Part shown: positions 32,845-43,095 of the stretch, piece by piece
How the letters are laid out: the number at the start of each line of letters is the position of its first letter
Position numbering within the stretch: position 1 is the first letter of the stretch
Program-made: the position numbers and the translations under genes
DNA from: Chamaesiphon sp.
Lineage (GTDB): Bacteria > Cyanobacteriota > Cyanobacteriia > Cyanobacteriales > Chamaesiphonaceae
Reading direction: 5' to 3'
DNA: 64,000 bases
Assembly (NCBI GenBank): GCA_965246715.1
Contig: CBDFFH010000015.1
Coordinates: 1-64,000, forward strand
The notes under the pieces: model-generated
Told to the model about the DNA's origin: nothing
Databases searched by the model: none
Seen by the model: the letters and a program-made list of their open reading frames with translations, nothing else

Positions 32845-34277
32845 TTAACAAACCACCCATGTATCTTTGGTACCACCACCTTGAGAGGAATTGACAACCA
32901 GAGAATCTTTTTTCAAAGCTACTCGCGTCAATCCGCCGGGATTGATATAGATATCCTTACCATTGAGAATGTAGGGGCGCAAATCGACGTGTCTACCATC
33001 AATACCGTCGGGAAGGAGGGTGGGTACCCGCGATAGACATAGAGTCGGTTGAGCGATGTAATTGCGGGGATTGGCGGTGATTTTGGTAGCGAATTCGCTC
33101 CGCTCTTCAGGGGTGGAGCAAGTACCGATTAACATGCCATAACCGCCTGATTCGCCTGCGGCTTTGACGACTAATTTGTCTAAATTTGCAAGTACATGCT
33201 CGCGTTGCCCATCGTGCCAACATTCATAGGTAGGCACATTGGGGATGATTTGATCTTCGTCGAGATAGTATTTGACGATCGCGGGTAGATAAGCATACAC
33301 CACTTTATCATCGGCTACTCCCGTCCCTGGCGCATTGGCGATCGCGACTTTTCCCGCTCGATAAACATCCATCAATCCGGGTACTCCCAAGGTAGAATCA
33401 GCCCTAAAAGTCAGCGGATCGATAAAGTCATCATCGATCCGCCGATAGACGACATCGACTTGCTGTAAGCCTTTAGTCGTACGCATTTGCAAGAAACCAT
33501 TCGCGATCGTCAGATCTCTGGCTTCTACCAATTGCACGCCCATTTGCTGTGCCAGAAAGGAATGCTCGAAATAAGCGGAGTTATAAATACCTGGAGTCAA
33601 TACTACCACCGTCGGCTCGAGGCTAGATTCTGGGGCTAAATACATCAAAGTTCCAGCAGCCGACTCGCATAATCTTCGACAGGGCGGATCTGCATCTTCT
33701 CAAATAGGCGCGGAAATGTAGACTTCATCACCCGCCGATTTTTCTAGTACATAAGAAACTCCAGAAGGGCACCGGAGATTATCTTCTAAGACATACCAGC
33801 TCCCATCACGATCGCGAATCAGATCCGTACCAGTAATATGACACCAAATCCCCTGTGGCGGTTTTAAGCCCATACACGGCTTGAGAAATCCACTCGCTGA
33901 ATAAATCAACTCTTGGGGAATAACGCCATCGGCGATAATTCTTTCGATCCCCATAAATATCGCTCAAAAACAAGTTGAGTGCGTGGGTACGTTGCTTTAA
34001 ACCGCGCTCTTAACTGCGTCCATTCGCGATCGCAAATTGTGCGCGGAATGATATCAAACGGCAGAATTTTTTCAGTACCAAGATCGTCGCTATACACGTT
34101 GAAAGTTGCACCGATCCTCAACAAGGTACTTTGCGCTAACTGTTGATACTGTTGCAACTCACTCAATGACAAACTACCGATCTTCTCGATGAGCGTCGCC
34201 GCAATCGATCGGGGACTACCATCGGGTAAAAATAATTCATCATAAAATTCACCAGGCTGGTAACTACCTATTTCCAT
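32845..34277 (-). pseudogene. Circularly permuted type-2 ATP-grasp protein, split by four single-base indels (pseudogene or sequencing error)
   Basis: Three track ORFs join into one 476-aa frame ([44 protein letters not shown]) after correcting indels at about 34010, 33943, 33741 and 33651. Confidence 0.88.
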
Positions 34278-34548
34278 ATCATTACACCAGACTAGACAAC
34301 TATTCGGTACCTTCTATCAATTAACTTTTCTCACATAAATTAACTGTATAAGGATATACCACAGCCACCATTAGTACAATTAGCACAGGTGCGAAAATCC
34401 CTGCTACTGAAGAATTAGATAGCAATCGAGCGTCGTGGATAGTAAATAAGTCCTCGCCGGAATAGACTAGCTGATTGGAGCTAGACACCTCGATCGATAG
34501 TAGTTTATTTCTGGAGCGTGGTAAAACCTCCGCTATCCAAGAGACTTT

Positions 34549-35545
34549 ATGCGAAAACCTCCGATTTCTCTTACCAGGGACTACCAAGAAATTTCACTGC
34601 GGGGGCTTGTTTGCTGAGCTAAAAACTGCCGAACTCGCCAAACAGATCTGTCCGATCGAAATCGTCACCTATCGCCAGCGCGAGCCGGATAAGCCCTTTC
34701 TCGACGATCTGTTAAAACAGCCCCCACAACCGGATGCGATCTTCGTAGTGAGTTGGGGGTTTGATGTCCCCAAACTAGTGGCTCGACTCAAGGGGCATCC
34801 GACGATTTACCATGCCCATAGTGCCGAGTATGGCTTTCGACTCCCGGCGGGAATTCCGATCGTCACTGTCAGTCGCAATACGCTAGGTTATTGGGGACAA
34901 CGAGCGCCACACTCATTACTATACTATTTGCCAAATCAAATTTCGGATGAATTTGTCAATCGCCATGAAGATCGATCGATCGATGTCTTGGTTCATGCGC
35001 GCAAGTCTTCTAAATATTTATTAAACCAATTAATTCCCGCACTCGAAACCCATTGTCGAGTCGAAGTTATCGATGGGTTTGTCGATAGTTTGGCAGACTT
35101 ATTTAATCGATCGCGAGTTTATTTATATGACTCTGCCGAGTACTGGGCGACGCAAGGAGTAACCGAAGGATTTGGCTTACAACCTTTAGAAGCGATCGCT
35201 TGTGGGTGTCAAGTATTTTCGAGTATCAATCATGGATTGTCGGATTATTTAGATCCGGGATTTAACTGTCATAAAATTGCTGGTTTTAGTACTGCCTATG
35301 ATGTCGAACGGATCTTAGCAGTGGTTAAATCTTACTCGCCAGTCAATAATATCGAATCGCTGGTTGCTGAATATCGAACAGAGAATATCCGCTCGCGACT
35401 GAATATTATTCTGGCTGAATTAAATAGTTTCTTCGATCGGGTAAATCCAGCTAGTTCTGATATTCCAGAATTGAGCGAGCGGCGCATTACACAGTTAAAG
35501 GTGGCTAAGGTAATTAAGATTATTCAAAAGAAACTCAATCGTTAG
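34549..35545 (+). CDS. Glycosyltransferase (GT4-like) with an apparent +1 frameshift just after the probable ATG
   Basis: EGFGLQPLEAIACG motif; ATG CGA AAA C CTC CGA TTT is one base out of frame with LRFLLPGT. Confidence 0.75.
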
Positions 35546-35873
35546 CTGATACCAGATTTTGGCAAGGGAGCATCTCACTTTTTATTATTTTTATGGATAA
35601 TAAAATTCTCGCGAGCCAGAGATGAGGGACTGTGGCGATCGAGATTATTTTATCTTTAGGGATTTTAAAAAGTGGCATGCTCCCTTTTGGCAATGACACA
35701 GGGCAAAGGGTACTCTGAAGAATACAGTCGGGAAGATTGGTTGAGCTAGAATCGATCGGAGCGAACATTAAGGTTGCGGATTGATATTGCCTAGTGCAAT
35801 ATCAATCGTGATGTCGCTCGATTAGAAATTTAAGGTACGATCGAGAGGTATTTATTCCCTACATTACCAGATT

Positions 35874-36158
35874 ATGGCCGACCCCATCACCCCCGCAATT
35901 AGCGATCGTATCTGTAAGCATATGAACGACGATCATGCTGAAGCAGTTCTCACCTATGCTAAGGTCTATGGTAAATCTCCCACCGCCGAAACAGCAGCCA
36001 TGAGCGCGATCGATCCGCTCGGGATGGATTTGACTGCTAGCATCGCTGGTGAAACAGTCAATCTGAGAATACCATTCGATCGGGAGCTGACGGATTCTGA
36101 AGATGCCCACCAAACTCTGATCGGCATGATTAAGGAAGCTAGAAAAATGGCTGGTTAG
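35874..36158 (+). CDS. DUF2470 domain protein
   Basis: SDRICKHMNDDH, IDPLGMDL, RIPFD. Confidence 0.9.
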   Translation: MADPITPAISDRICKHMNDDHAEAVLTYAKVYGKSPTAETAAMSAIDPLGMDLTASIAGETVNLRIPFDRELTDSEDAHQTLIGMIKEARKMAG

Positions 36159-36982
36159 TTATAGAACCCATTTGAGATCTTCTAGTGGTGAGGGTGGGTT
36201 TGTTCGATATCGAACAGTAAATTCGATGTTGGCTAGCATAAACCCACCCCTACAGATCCATAAATTCGGATATCATACATTTTACAGATCGACCGTAGAT
36301 ACTGTCTTGAATGTCAAGGGGTGGCGAGCGAATAATTAGGGTCAAAGGGCTGTTGAGACTTTAAAATGCCAAAAGCCAAATGGACTAATTTACGCATGAT
36401 GGCACCAATCGCCTGCATTTTAGCCTTGCCACGATCGAGTAATCGTTCGCTGAAAGTTTTGAGCAGAGGATTATGACGCATCGAGACTACCGCAGGCATA
36501 TAAAGAGCTTTGCGGAGTCGAGAATTACCAGTACAAGACAACCGAGTTTTGCCATGAACGCTGGTGCCACTAGAGCGCTCAGATGGAGTTAAACCCGCAT
36601 GGGCAGCTAATTGACGAGCATTCTGGTAATCTTCGATCCGACCGATTTCTGCCAACAAGACAGCCGCAGTCTGTGCGCCAATTCCAGGAATTGAGACCAA
36701 CAGATCTCGCTGTTGTTTTAACTCTGGATGTTTGTCGAAATGGTCGCTAATTAATTGTTTAATTAGGGCTTGCTGTTCCTGGAGATAGGTCAGATGAGAT
36801 TGAGTGAGTTCAGCTACTTTGGTGGTGGCTGTTTCCAAGCGATTGTGTTCGGCTGTGACCATTTCCTGAAGAGAATCTAATCGCCGGACCAGGGCTTGTA
36901 GTTCTTTGATTTCAGGGGCTGTTGGTTTCCACAGTTCTGGTTTAATTGCTGCACAAAAACGGGCAATCAATGCTGCATCAAC

Positions 36983-38550
36983 GTAGAAGTTCAGGGGGTA
37001 GTAAAAAGCAGAGAAATCTGATAGGGTAGGGCACATGGAAAAGACAGTGCCAGAACTAATAGCGGCAATCAGCCCAGAAGAGTGGGCACAAGTACCAGTA
37101 AGCGTCCTGAAGCTAATCGAAGAATTAGTGCGCTGGATGGATCGTATTGAGCAAGAAGTGGCAGCATTGCAAATAGAAAATGAGTTGCTCAAAGAACAAC
37201 TAGCCAGAACATCAGCAAATTCATCACAACCACCATCAAAGAATCCTCAAGGGTTTAAACCAAATCGAAAAGAACCGACGGGTCAAAAGCGCGGTGGGCA
37301 AATCGGACATATCGGACACGAGCGAAAACTGTATCCACTAGAAATGTGTCAAGAAGTAATCGACTACTACCCACCGCAATGTGGGAAGTGTGGAGGGTCC
37401 GTTAATGACAGTTTGCGGACTCAAATATATCGACATCAAGTAGTTGAAGTCCTACCAGTACAACCAATTGTTATCGAGCATCGATTTCATCAGATGACCT
37501 GCACTTGTTGTGGGGCAGAAAATCAAGCACCAGAAATGTCTGAAATTATTGGTAAAGGTGGATATGGCGCAAGAGTAGCAGCTTACGTGGGTTTGTTTAG
37601 TAGTCAGTACCGACAATCCTATCGGCAGATCCAAAACATCATGCTGGCGGTGTTTGGGATTGAGATGTCATTAGGTACGATTAATAACCTGCGCACAGAA
37701 GTAAGTGAAGCTGTTAGTGCTGCGGTGACGCAGGCACAAGGTTACGTTCAGCAACAGCCAACAGTAGGAGTGGATGAGACTGGCTTCAAGCAACGCAATG
37801 GAGATGGTCAAAACGCCGCCAAGACTAGTGGCTGGCTATGGGTAGCCGTAACGCCATTGGTCATTTGTTTTCAGGTGATTCTCAGTAGAGCTAGTACTGC
37901 TGCTCAAACTGTTTTGGGTTCAGCTTTTGCCGGATTTATCACCAGTGACCGTTGCCCTGCTTATAACTGGGTGGATGTGGCGAACAGACAACTCTGCTGG
38001 GCACATCTCAAGCGAGACTTCATTCAAATTTCGGAACGAGTAGGAGCCTCCGCTGAGATTGGTGAATCTCTATTAGCTCAAGAAAAGCTCCTGTTCAATC
38101 TGTGGCATCAATTTAGAAATGACCAACTCACTCGCATAGAGTTAGCACAAGCGGTTGAACCAATTCAAGCTCAATTTTCCACCATTTTGATGGAAGCAGC
38201 CGAATTCCAGATTGGTGAACATGAAAAGACCCCACTAGCTAAAACTGTGCGGACGTGCCGTAATCTGTTGAAGCTGTTCGATTCTTTCTGGCTATTTGTG
38301 CGTGAAGAAGGAGTAGAGCCGACTAATAATGCGGCGGAAAGAGCCATTCGTCCGGCTGTAATTTGGCGGCGGACTAGCTTTGGCTCGGATTCTGTTGCTG
38401 GCAGCGAGTTTGTGTCTCGTTTGCTCACTGTTGTCTCTTCCCTTCAGTTGCAAGAGCGCAATATTCTTGATTTTTTGGTTGAATCTATCTCTGCTGCTCG
38501 TTCTGGTACAGTTCCACCTTCTCTTCTGCCTTAGCCCTGTGAACTTCTAC
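36983..38550 (+). mobile_element. IS66-family element, single-ORF type (1568 bp)
   Basis: TIR GTAGAAGTTCA / TGAACTTCTAC; 8-bp duplication GCATCAAC at 36975-36982 and 38551-38558. Confidence 0.95.
37035..38534 (+). CDS. IS66-family transposase
   Basis: NSSQPPS, GGQIGH, CxxC zinc finger, VDETG, QLCWAHLKR, PTNNAAERAIR. Confidence 0.95.
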   Translation: MEKTVPELIAAISPEEWAQVPVSVLKLIEELVRWMDRIEQEVAALQIENELLKEQLARTSANSSQPPSKNPQGFKPNRKEPTGQKRGGQIGHIGHERKLYPLEMCQEVIDYYPPQCGKCGGSVNDSLRTQIYRHQVVEVLPVQPIVIEHRFHQMTCTCCGAENQAPEMSEIIGKGGYGARVAAYVGLFSSQYRQSYRQIQNIMLAVFGIEMSLGTINNLRTEVSEAVSAAVTQAQGYVQQQPTVGVDETGFKQRNGDGQNAAKTSGWLWVAVTPLVICFQVILSRASTAAQTVLGSAFAGFITSDRCPAYNWVDVANRQLCWAHLKRDFIQISERVGASAEIGESLLAQEKLLFNLWHQFRNDQLTRIELAQAVEPIQAQFSTILMEAAEFQIGEHEKTPLAKTVRTCRNLLKLFDSFWLFVREEGVEPTNNAAERAIRPAVIWRRTSFGSDSVAGSEFVSRLLTVVSSLQLQERNILDFLVESISAARSGTVPPSLLP

Positions 38551-38869
38551 GCATCAACTGAATCAGTTTTCGTCCGTAATAGTTCGCCCTTGGCAAACCC
38601 TTGAATTCGGGCTGGATTGACGACACTAACGGCAAAGCTGGCTGAGTAGAGGAATTCGGCTAAAGCGTCTCCATAGATGCTGGTCGCTTCCAGACAGGCG
38701 TGCATTTGGTCGATCCCTTTTTGTTTGAGCCACTGCTGCAAACTCTCAAACCCTTGCAGATCGTTGGTGAATTTTTTGGATTTTGTTCTCGTCTCTCCCA
38801 TGATTAGTACTACATGAAAGTCTTTTTTGCTGATGTCTATCCCTAAAAAATTAACTGTCATTAACTGCT

Positions 38870-39220
38870 TACTCCACTCCTAACTATGCTCAAAGAACTT
38901 GACAGACTGTTTAACTAACCTTGTGATTGCAGGCTTTTCGGTAAATCGATTGCCTAAGATACTGTCCAGCTTTAGGTGTGTCTGTCATCAGTTGTGGGAG
39001 CTTATCTACGCAGCAGACTAACAATGTTGTCTAAGGGGCGGGCCAGCTTCACCGATTACTGATGTCCTCACTCTCACTTTCTCGCATCTGGCGATCGCGC
39101 TCTGAAACTGTTATGGTTTCTTTACGCCGATCGATTTATTCCTCTGACTCCCTTGGTTTGTGTCGATCTCTTTGAACTACGTTTGTTCTAAGCATTGTCT
39201 ATATCGATCGATTACCTACC
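38870..39220 (-). ncRNA. Predicted IS110 bridge RNA (ends approximate)
   Basis: Target guides CCCGCCCCT (39042-39034) and CGTAG (39010-39006) and donor guides ACAGTATCT (38965-38957) and ACAAG (38924-38920) match the flanks and the element ends, in the IS621 order. Confidence 0.85.
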
Positions 39221-39373
39221 TCTCTTTAAGATACAAGGGGCGGGTTTATGCTAGAAATTCTTGCTTAAGACAGTCATCTATCGATCGAACCCGCCCGTCC
39301 CAGCAATATCTGTTAGATCGCTCAATTGCCGCGACAGTAAATCATCCATAAATTCAGCAATACGAAAAATCCC

Positions 39374-40171
39374 TCAATGCCGATCGAACAGCGCTACATC
39401 TCGATCGTAACTAAGATCGTTAGTATCTAATAACCGATCCCAGAATGTAAAATATAGCCCGTAATGTCGCCGATAACGATGGTGATGGATCGAGTGGTGT
39501 GCTGGGCCGATAAACCACTTACCCAGCCAGTGGTGAGGAAATGATGGGGACAATAGATTGAGACCCAGGTGATTGACTACCGCCCAGACTGTCATCGTCA
39601 TCAGTATGGCAATCGCGGTAATAAAGTGCAACGGGATGACAAAGACGATCGCGATCAGAAACAGTGACTGAACCAGTGCTTCCGGCGGATCGAAAGCAAA
39701 AGATGTCCAGGGAGTCGGTGCGATCGAGCGATGGTGCCCCTGATGAAACCACTTGAATAATTTGGGATGATGAAACAAGCGATGGATAAAATAAAAATAT
39801 GTGTCTTGGAGGATTAAAACTAAGGCATAACTTACGCCTAAATACCAAATTCCATAAGCATGAATATCGCTATATAAACTGGTAATACCACGATCGTAAG
39901 CAGACACGATCGTCGCCGCAGACAGGGCAAAAACCACAGCAGAGCAGAGTGAGAGCCGAATATCGTGCCAAATTGCCTTGTTTGATGGTGGCTCGATGCG
40001 CACCGCTCGCTGGGACAAAAAATTACCACCAGCCGAGTAGAAGTATAGGTGCAAACCACCTGCGATTGTAAAATATCGCGCGAGGATAATGCCGAGAAAA
40101 GCTAATCCGTAAAATATAAATCTATGCCACGCAAATAAATAGTCGATAAATTCCATTTCTGTCGATCGCAT
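39374..40171 (-). CDS. Sterol desaturase / fatty-acid hydroxylase family protein
   Basis: His boxes HRLFH, HQGHH, NHLG, HHSIHH; YFTFWDRL. Confidence 0.9.
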   Translation of the reverse strand: MRSTEMEFIDYLFAWHRFIFYGLAFLGIILARYFTIAGGLHLYFYSAGGNFLSQRAVRIEPPSNKAIWHDIRLSLCSAVVFALSAATIVSAYDRGITSLYSDIHAYGIWYLGVSYALVLILQDTYFYFIHRLFHHPKLFKWFHQGHHRSIAPTPWTSFAFDPPEALVQSLFLIAIVFVIPLHFITAIAILMTMTVWAVVNHLGLNLLSPSFPHHWLGKWFIGPAHHSIHHHRYRRHYGLYFTFWDRLLDTNDLSYDRDVALFDRH

Positions 40172-40292
40172 TGGCGATCGGATAATTTACGCGAACGGAC
40201 AAGACAACTAAGGATGAGATCCGCTGGGATCTCATCCTCCGTTAGCGAGCGACTTGGAGAGTCACCCAACATGAGACTGGAGTGCGATCGAG

Positions 40293-41762
40293 CTAGGCAA
40301 CACCTTTGGCACTAACCGACACATTTGCTTCGTAGAGCGCGACACTGCGAACGCTAGCGGGAGTCGGTTGAGGCGCTACAGCGATATTGGAGCTGGCGCG
40401 GTGACGCACCACAGTCGATCGGGGATCGAGCAGAGACTGCGCGAGCAGACGACGATAGAGATCGCTGAGTTGGATGGCAACCCCACCCCAACTAAAATGT
40501 TCGCGAACCCTTACTGAGGCTTGATGGCGAATTTTTTGCACCCAGCTATCATCATCGGTCAAAATCCGCCCGATCGCGTTAGCAAAGCCATCGACATCTT
40601 GAGCTGGTGCTAATAATCCAGTTTCTTCAGGAATCACTGTGAATTTCAATCCACCGACAGCCGAGGCTACTACTGGGGTACCGCACGCCATGGCTTCGAT
40701 CGCCACCAAGCCAAATGGTTCGTAGTGGCTGGGAATGACGCAAACATCGGCGGCTGTGTAGTATAACGGTAAGCGGTCGTGCCCGACCATCCCCACAAAT
40801 TCAGTTAGATCGGCCAGATCCAGATCGTTAACGATCTCCTCAATCCGTGCGCGCTCCACACCATCGGCTTCATTGGGGTCGCTACCACCGACTACCACCA
40901 GGCGGAATTTTGGCGACTCGGACTGGTCTGCGAACCGCTCGCGTAAGCGAGCACAGGCACGCACTAGAGTTTCAATCCCTTTCCGAGGGTCGAAACGACC
41001 GACATACAGCACGATCCGTTCGTCTCGATCGAGTCCTAGTTGGTAACGCGCTTCACCTTTAGAAAGGGGGTGAAAATTCTCAACGTCCGTCCCGCAGGGG
41101 ACGATTTCAACTCGACCGGACTGCGATACTAATTGTCGTAAGTCGTCGCATTCTTGAGGACTGGTCGCGACAACACAGTGGGATTGTTCGAGAATATCGC
41201 ATTCCACATTCAACCGTGTTTTGGCGATCGTGGGAATATCTGCAACGGAGCGATATTTGACGGCACCGAGTGAATGATAGGTGTGAATCAGCTGGGCATT
41301 TTGGAGCTGTTTGAGTTGCAACCCGATCCAACCGGACATCCAATAGTGAGTATGGACGAGGGGGTAACTAGTCCCTTCTTTTTGTTGAAATTTCTGAAAT
41401 GCCTCGACGAATGCGGGCATGTATTGAAATAATTCGTCACGCGGGACATAAGTTTCGGGGCCTGCTACCAAGCGGATCGTCCGACAATGAGGCGCGTGAT
41501 GAACGATCGGGGCATCCTCCGGACTACTTTTACGGGTAAACATATCTACTTGCCACCCTAACTTTGCCAGTGCTTCGCCGACTTGACGCACGTAGACATT
41601 TTGACCACCCGCGGCATCTTTCCCGATTTCAGCCGCCGGATCGCCATGTTCGGAGATCAAGGCAATTGCTTGGCGAGCGGGAATTTTGGGTGCAGAAATC
41701 GGGAATGGTTGATGCAGTTGCTTGACGATGTGGGGAGTAAATTGTTTGGTTGGATTAGACAT
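40293..41762 (-). CDS. GT4 glycosyltransferase, sucrose-phosphate-synthase/MshA-like
   Basis: ALISEHGDP...AGGQNVYV, HTHYWMSG, HTYHSLG, GRFDPRKG, YEPFGLVAIEAMACG. Confidence 0.85.
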   Translation of the reverse strand: MSNPTKQFTPHIVKQLHQPFPISAPKIPARQAIALISEHGDPAAEIGKDAAGGQNVYVRQVGEALAKLGWQVDMFTRKSSPEDAPIVHHAPHCRTIRLVAGPETYVPRDELFQYMPAFVEAFQKFQQKEGTSYPLVHTHYWMSGWIGLQLKQLQNAQLIHTYHSLGAVKYRSVADIPTIAKTRLNVECDILEQSHCVVATSPQECDDLRQLVSQSGRVEIVPCGTDVENFHPLSKGEARYQLGLDRDERIVLYVGRFDPRKGIETLVRACARLRERFADQSESPKFRLVVVGGSDPNEADGVERARIEEIVNDLDLADLTEFVGMVGHDRLPLYYTAADVCVIPSHYEPFGLVAIEAMACGTPVVASAVGGLKFTVIPEETGLLAPAQDVDGFANAIGRILTDDDSWVQKIRHQASVRVREHFSWGGVAIQLSDLYRRLLAQSLLDPRSTVVRHRASSNIAVAPQPTPASVRSVALYEANVSVSAKGVA

Positions 41763-41863
41763 AGTTGCGTCCGATCGAAAATGATATTTGTTATAAATTG
41801 AAGATATAAATCGCAGTAGGGAGTGGGTAGATGCGAGCTGTCTCCACTAACTGCGATCGTCGC

Positions 41864-42961
41864 TTAACTCAACATGGTTAACTGGACTTGACCAGTTTTT
41901 TTGGAGATCGGGAGGTGACCGTTAGTGGAGAATTTTTTGGCTAAAAGTTCGCGGTAGACGGATTCATACCCATTTACCATCCGATCGATCCCAAAGTGCT
42001 TGCAAACATAGTCCCGCGTGCCATACCGCGAAACCGAGGCGATCTTGTGGACTGCTTCGATACACCCGGCGATATCGTTGGCCACAAATCCACTTCTACC
42101 GTGAGCGATCACTTCAGGCACCGCACCCAGATTCATCCCAATTGCTGGGGTACCCGCAGCCATAGATTCCACCATGACAAGACCGAAAGGTTCGCGCCAG
42201 GTAATCGGAAATAAAGTCGCGATCGCTCTGCCCATGAGATTATTTTTCATGTGATGATCCGCCTCACCCAAAAATTGGATGAACTCGCCATCGACTTGGG
42301 GCTTAATTTCACGCTCGAAGTATTCGACATCGACAGGATCGACCTTACCAGCCATTTTGAGCGGGATGCCAGTTGCTCTAGCAATCTCGATCGCGTGATG
42401 CGGCCCTTTTTCCGGAGAAATCCGACCTAAAAACGCTAGATAAGCTGGGGCATCGGGTTCGGGGAAAAATTTATGACTGGCAACATCGATGCTGTTATAT
42501 ACGGTTGCGACGCAATTTAGCCCCAACCGTGGTTCCCGCTGTGAATGCGAAATACTCACGTAAGGCTGAGCTTTGGCATAGGTAAACATCTTTTCATTGT
42601 CTCTACTGAAAGTTCCGTGCAGGGTATGCACTGTCGGAGTCTTGCTCATCATGGCGTAGGGCAGAGTCGCACAACCCATGTGCGAGTGAATCAGGTCGAA
42701 TTCTGCTGCTCGAGAGTAGACTTGTGCCAGTTGGAGCTGTTCGTAGATCGTACATTCTTTAACTTGTGGATCTAAGCGTAATGCTTGGGAGTGAACTGAT
42801 TCTAATTTCGCTAAAGAGATCGAGTCTCCCGATGCAAATAAAGTCACTTCATGGCCGCGTCTGACTAATTCATCCGTGAGGAGACCAACCACTAGCTCGA
42901 TGCCCCCATACGCTGGTGGGGGAACTCGCTCCCATAATGGTGCAATCTGTGCAATTCGCAT
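41864..42961 (-). CDS. GT4 glycosyltransferase
   Basis: MRIAQIAPLWERVPPPAYGG, GRISPEKG, EPFGLVMVES. Confidence 0.92.
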   Translation of the reverse strand: MRIAQIAPLWERVPPPAYGGIELVVGLLTDELVRRGHEVTLFASGDSISLAKLESVHSQALRLDPQVKECTIYEQLQLAQVYSRAAEFDLIHSHMGCATLPYAMMSKTPTVHTLHGTFSRDNEKMFTYAKAQPYVSISHSQREPRLGLNCVATVYNSIDVASHKFFPEPDAPAYLAFLGRISPEKGPHHAIEIARATGIPLKMAGKVDPVDVEYFEREIKPQVDGEFIQFLGEADHHMKNNLMGRAIATLFPITWREPFGLVMVESMAAGTPAIGMNLGAVPEVIAHGRSGFVANDIAGCIEAVHKIASVSRYGTRDYVCKHFGIDRMVNGYESVYRELLAKKFSTNGHLPISKKTGQVQLTMLS

Positions 42962-43095
42962 TGGAGTTTTTCCTTAACGATCGAGTAAATTTAAATTTTA
43001 AAAGTTGCGAACAGTTATTTAATCGATATAAAACTTATAAGCGATCGATCTAGCTGATAACTGTTCGCAGCTAACTAATTGTTAACTATCCAATC

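Larger units (their letters stand above)
36314..38861 (-). pseudogene. IS110 DEDD recombinase, disrupted by IS66
   Basis: N-part GIDISK, CLEATS, VVNPAR, KTDSVDA (38861-38551) rejoins in frame to ALIARFC...SIPGIG, AGLTPSERSSG, GNSRLRKALY (36974-36314). Confidence 0.92.
36297..39237 (-). mobile_element. IS110-family (IS621-like) element, interrupted by IS66
   Basis: No TIRs; CT core at both ends (minus strand: ...CCGCCC-CT-TGTAT at the left end, ACAGTAT-CT-ACGG at the right end); DEDD recombinase preceded by a 375-bp non-coding end. Confidence 0.92.

Noticed and set aside
33651..34011. Programmed ribosomal frameshifting in the ATP-grasp gene
   Set aside because: Four shifts of mixed sign without canonical slippery heptamers; error or decay is more parsimonious.
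36983..37192. N-terminal 70 aa of track ORF 36314-37192
   Set aside because: Antisense read-through into IS66; the true N-terminus is 38861-38551.
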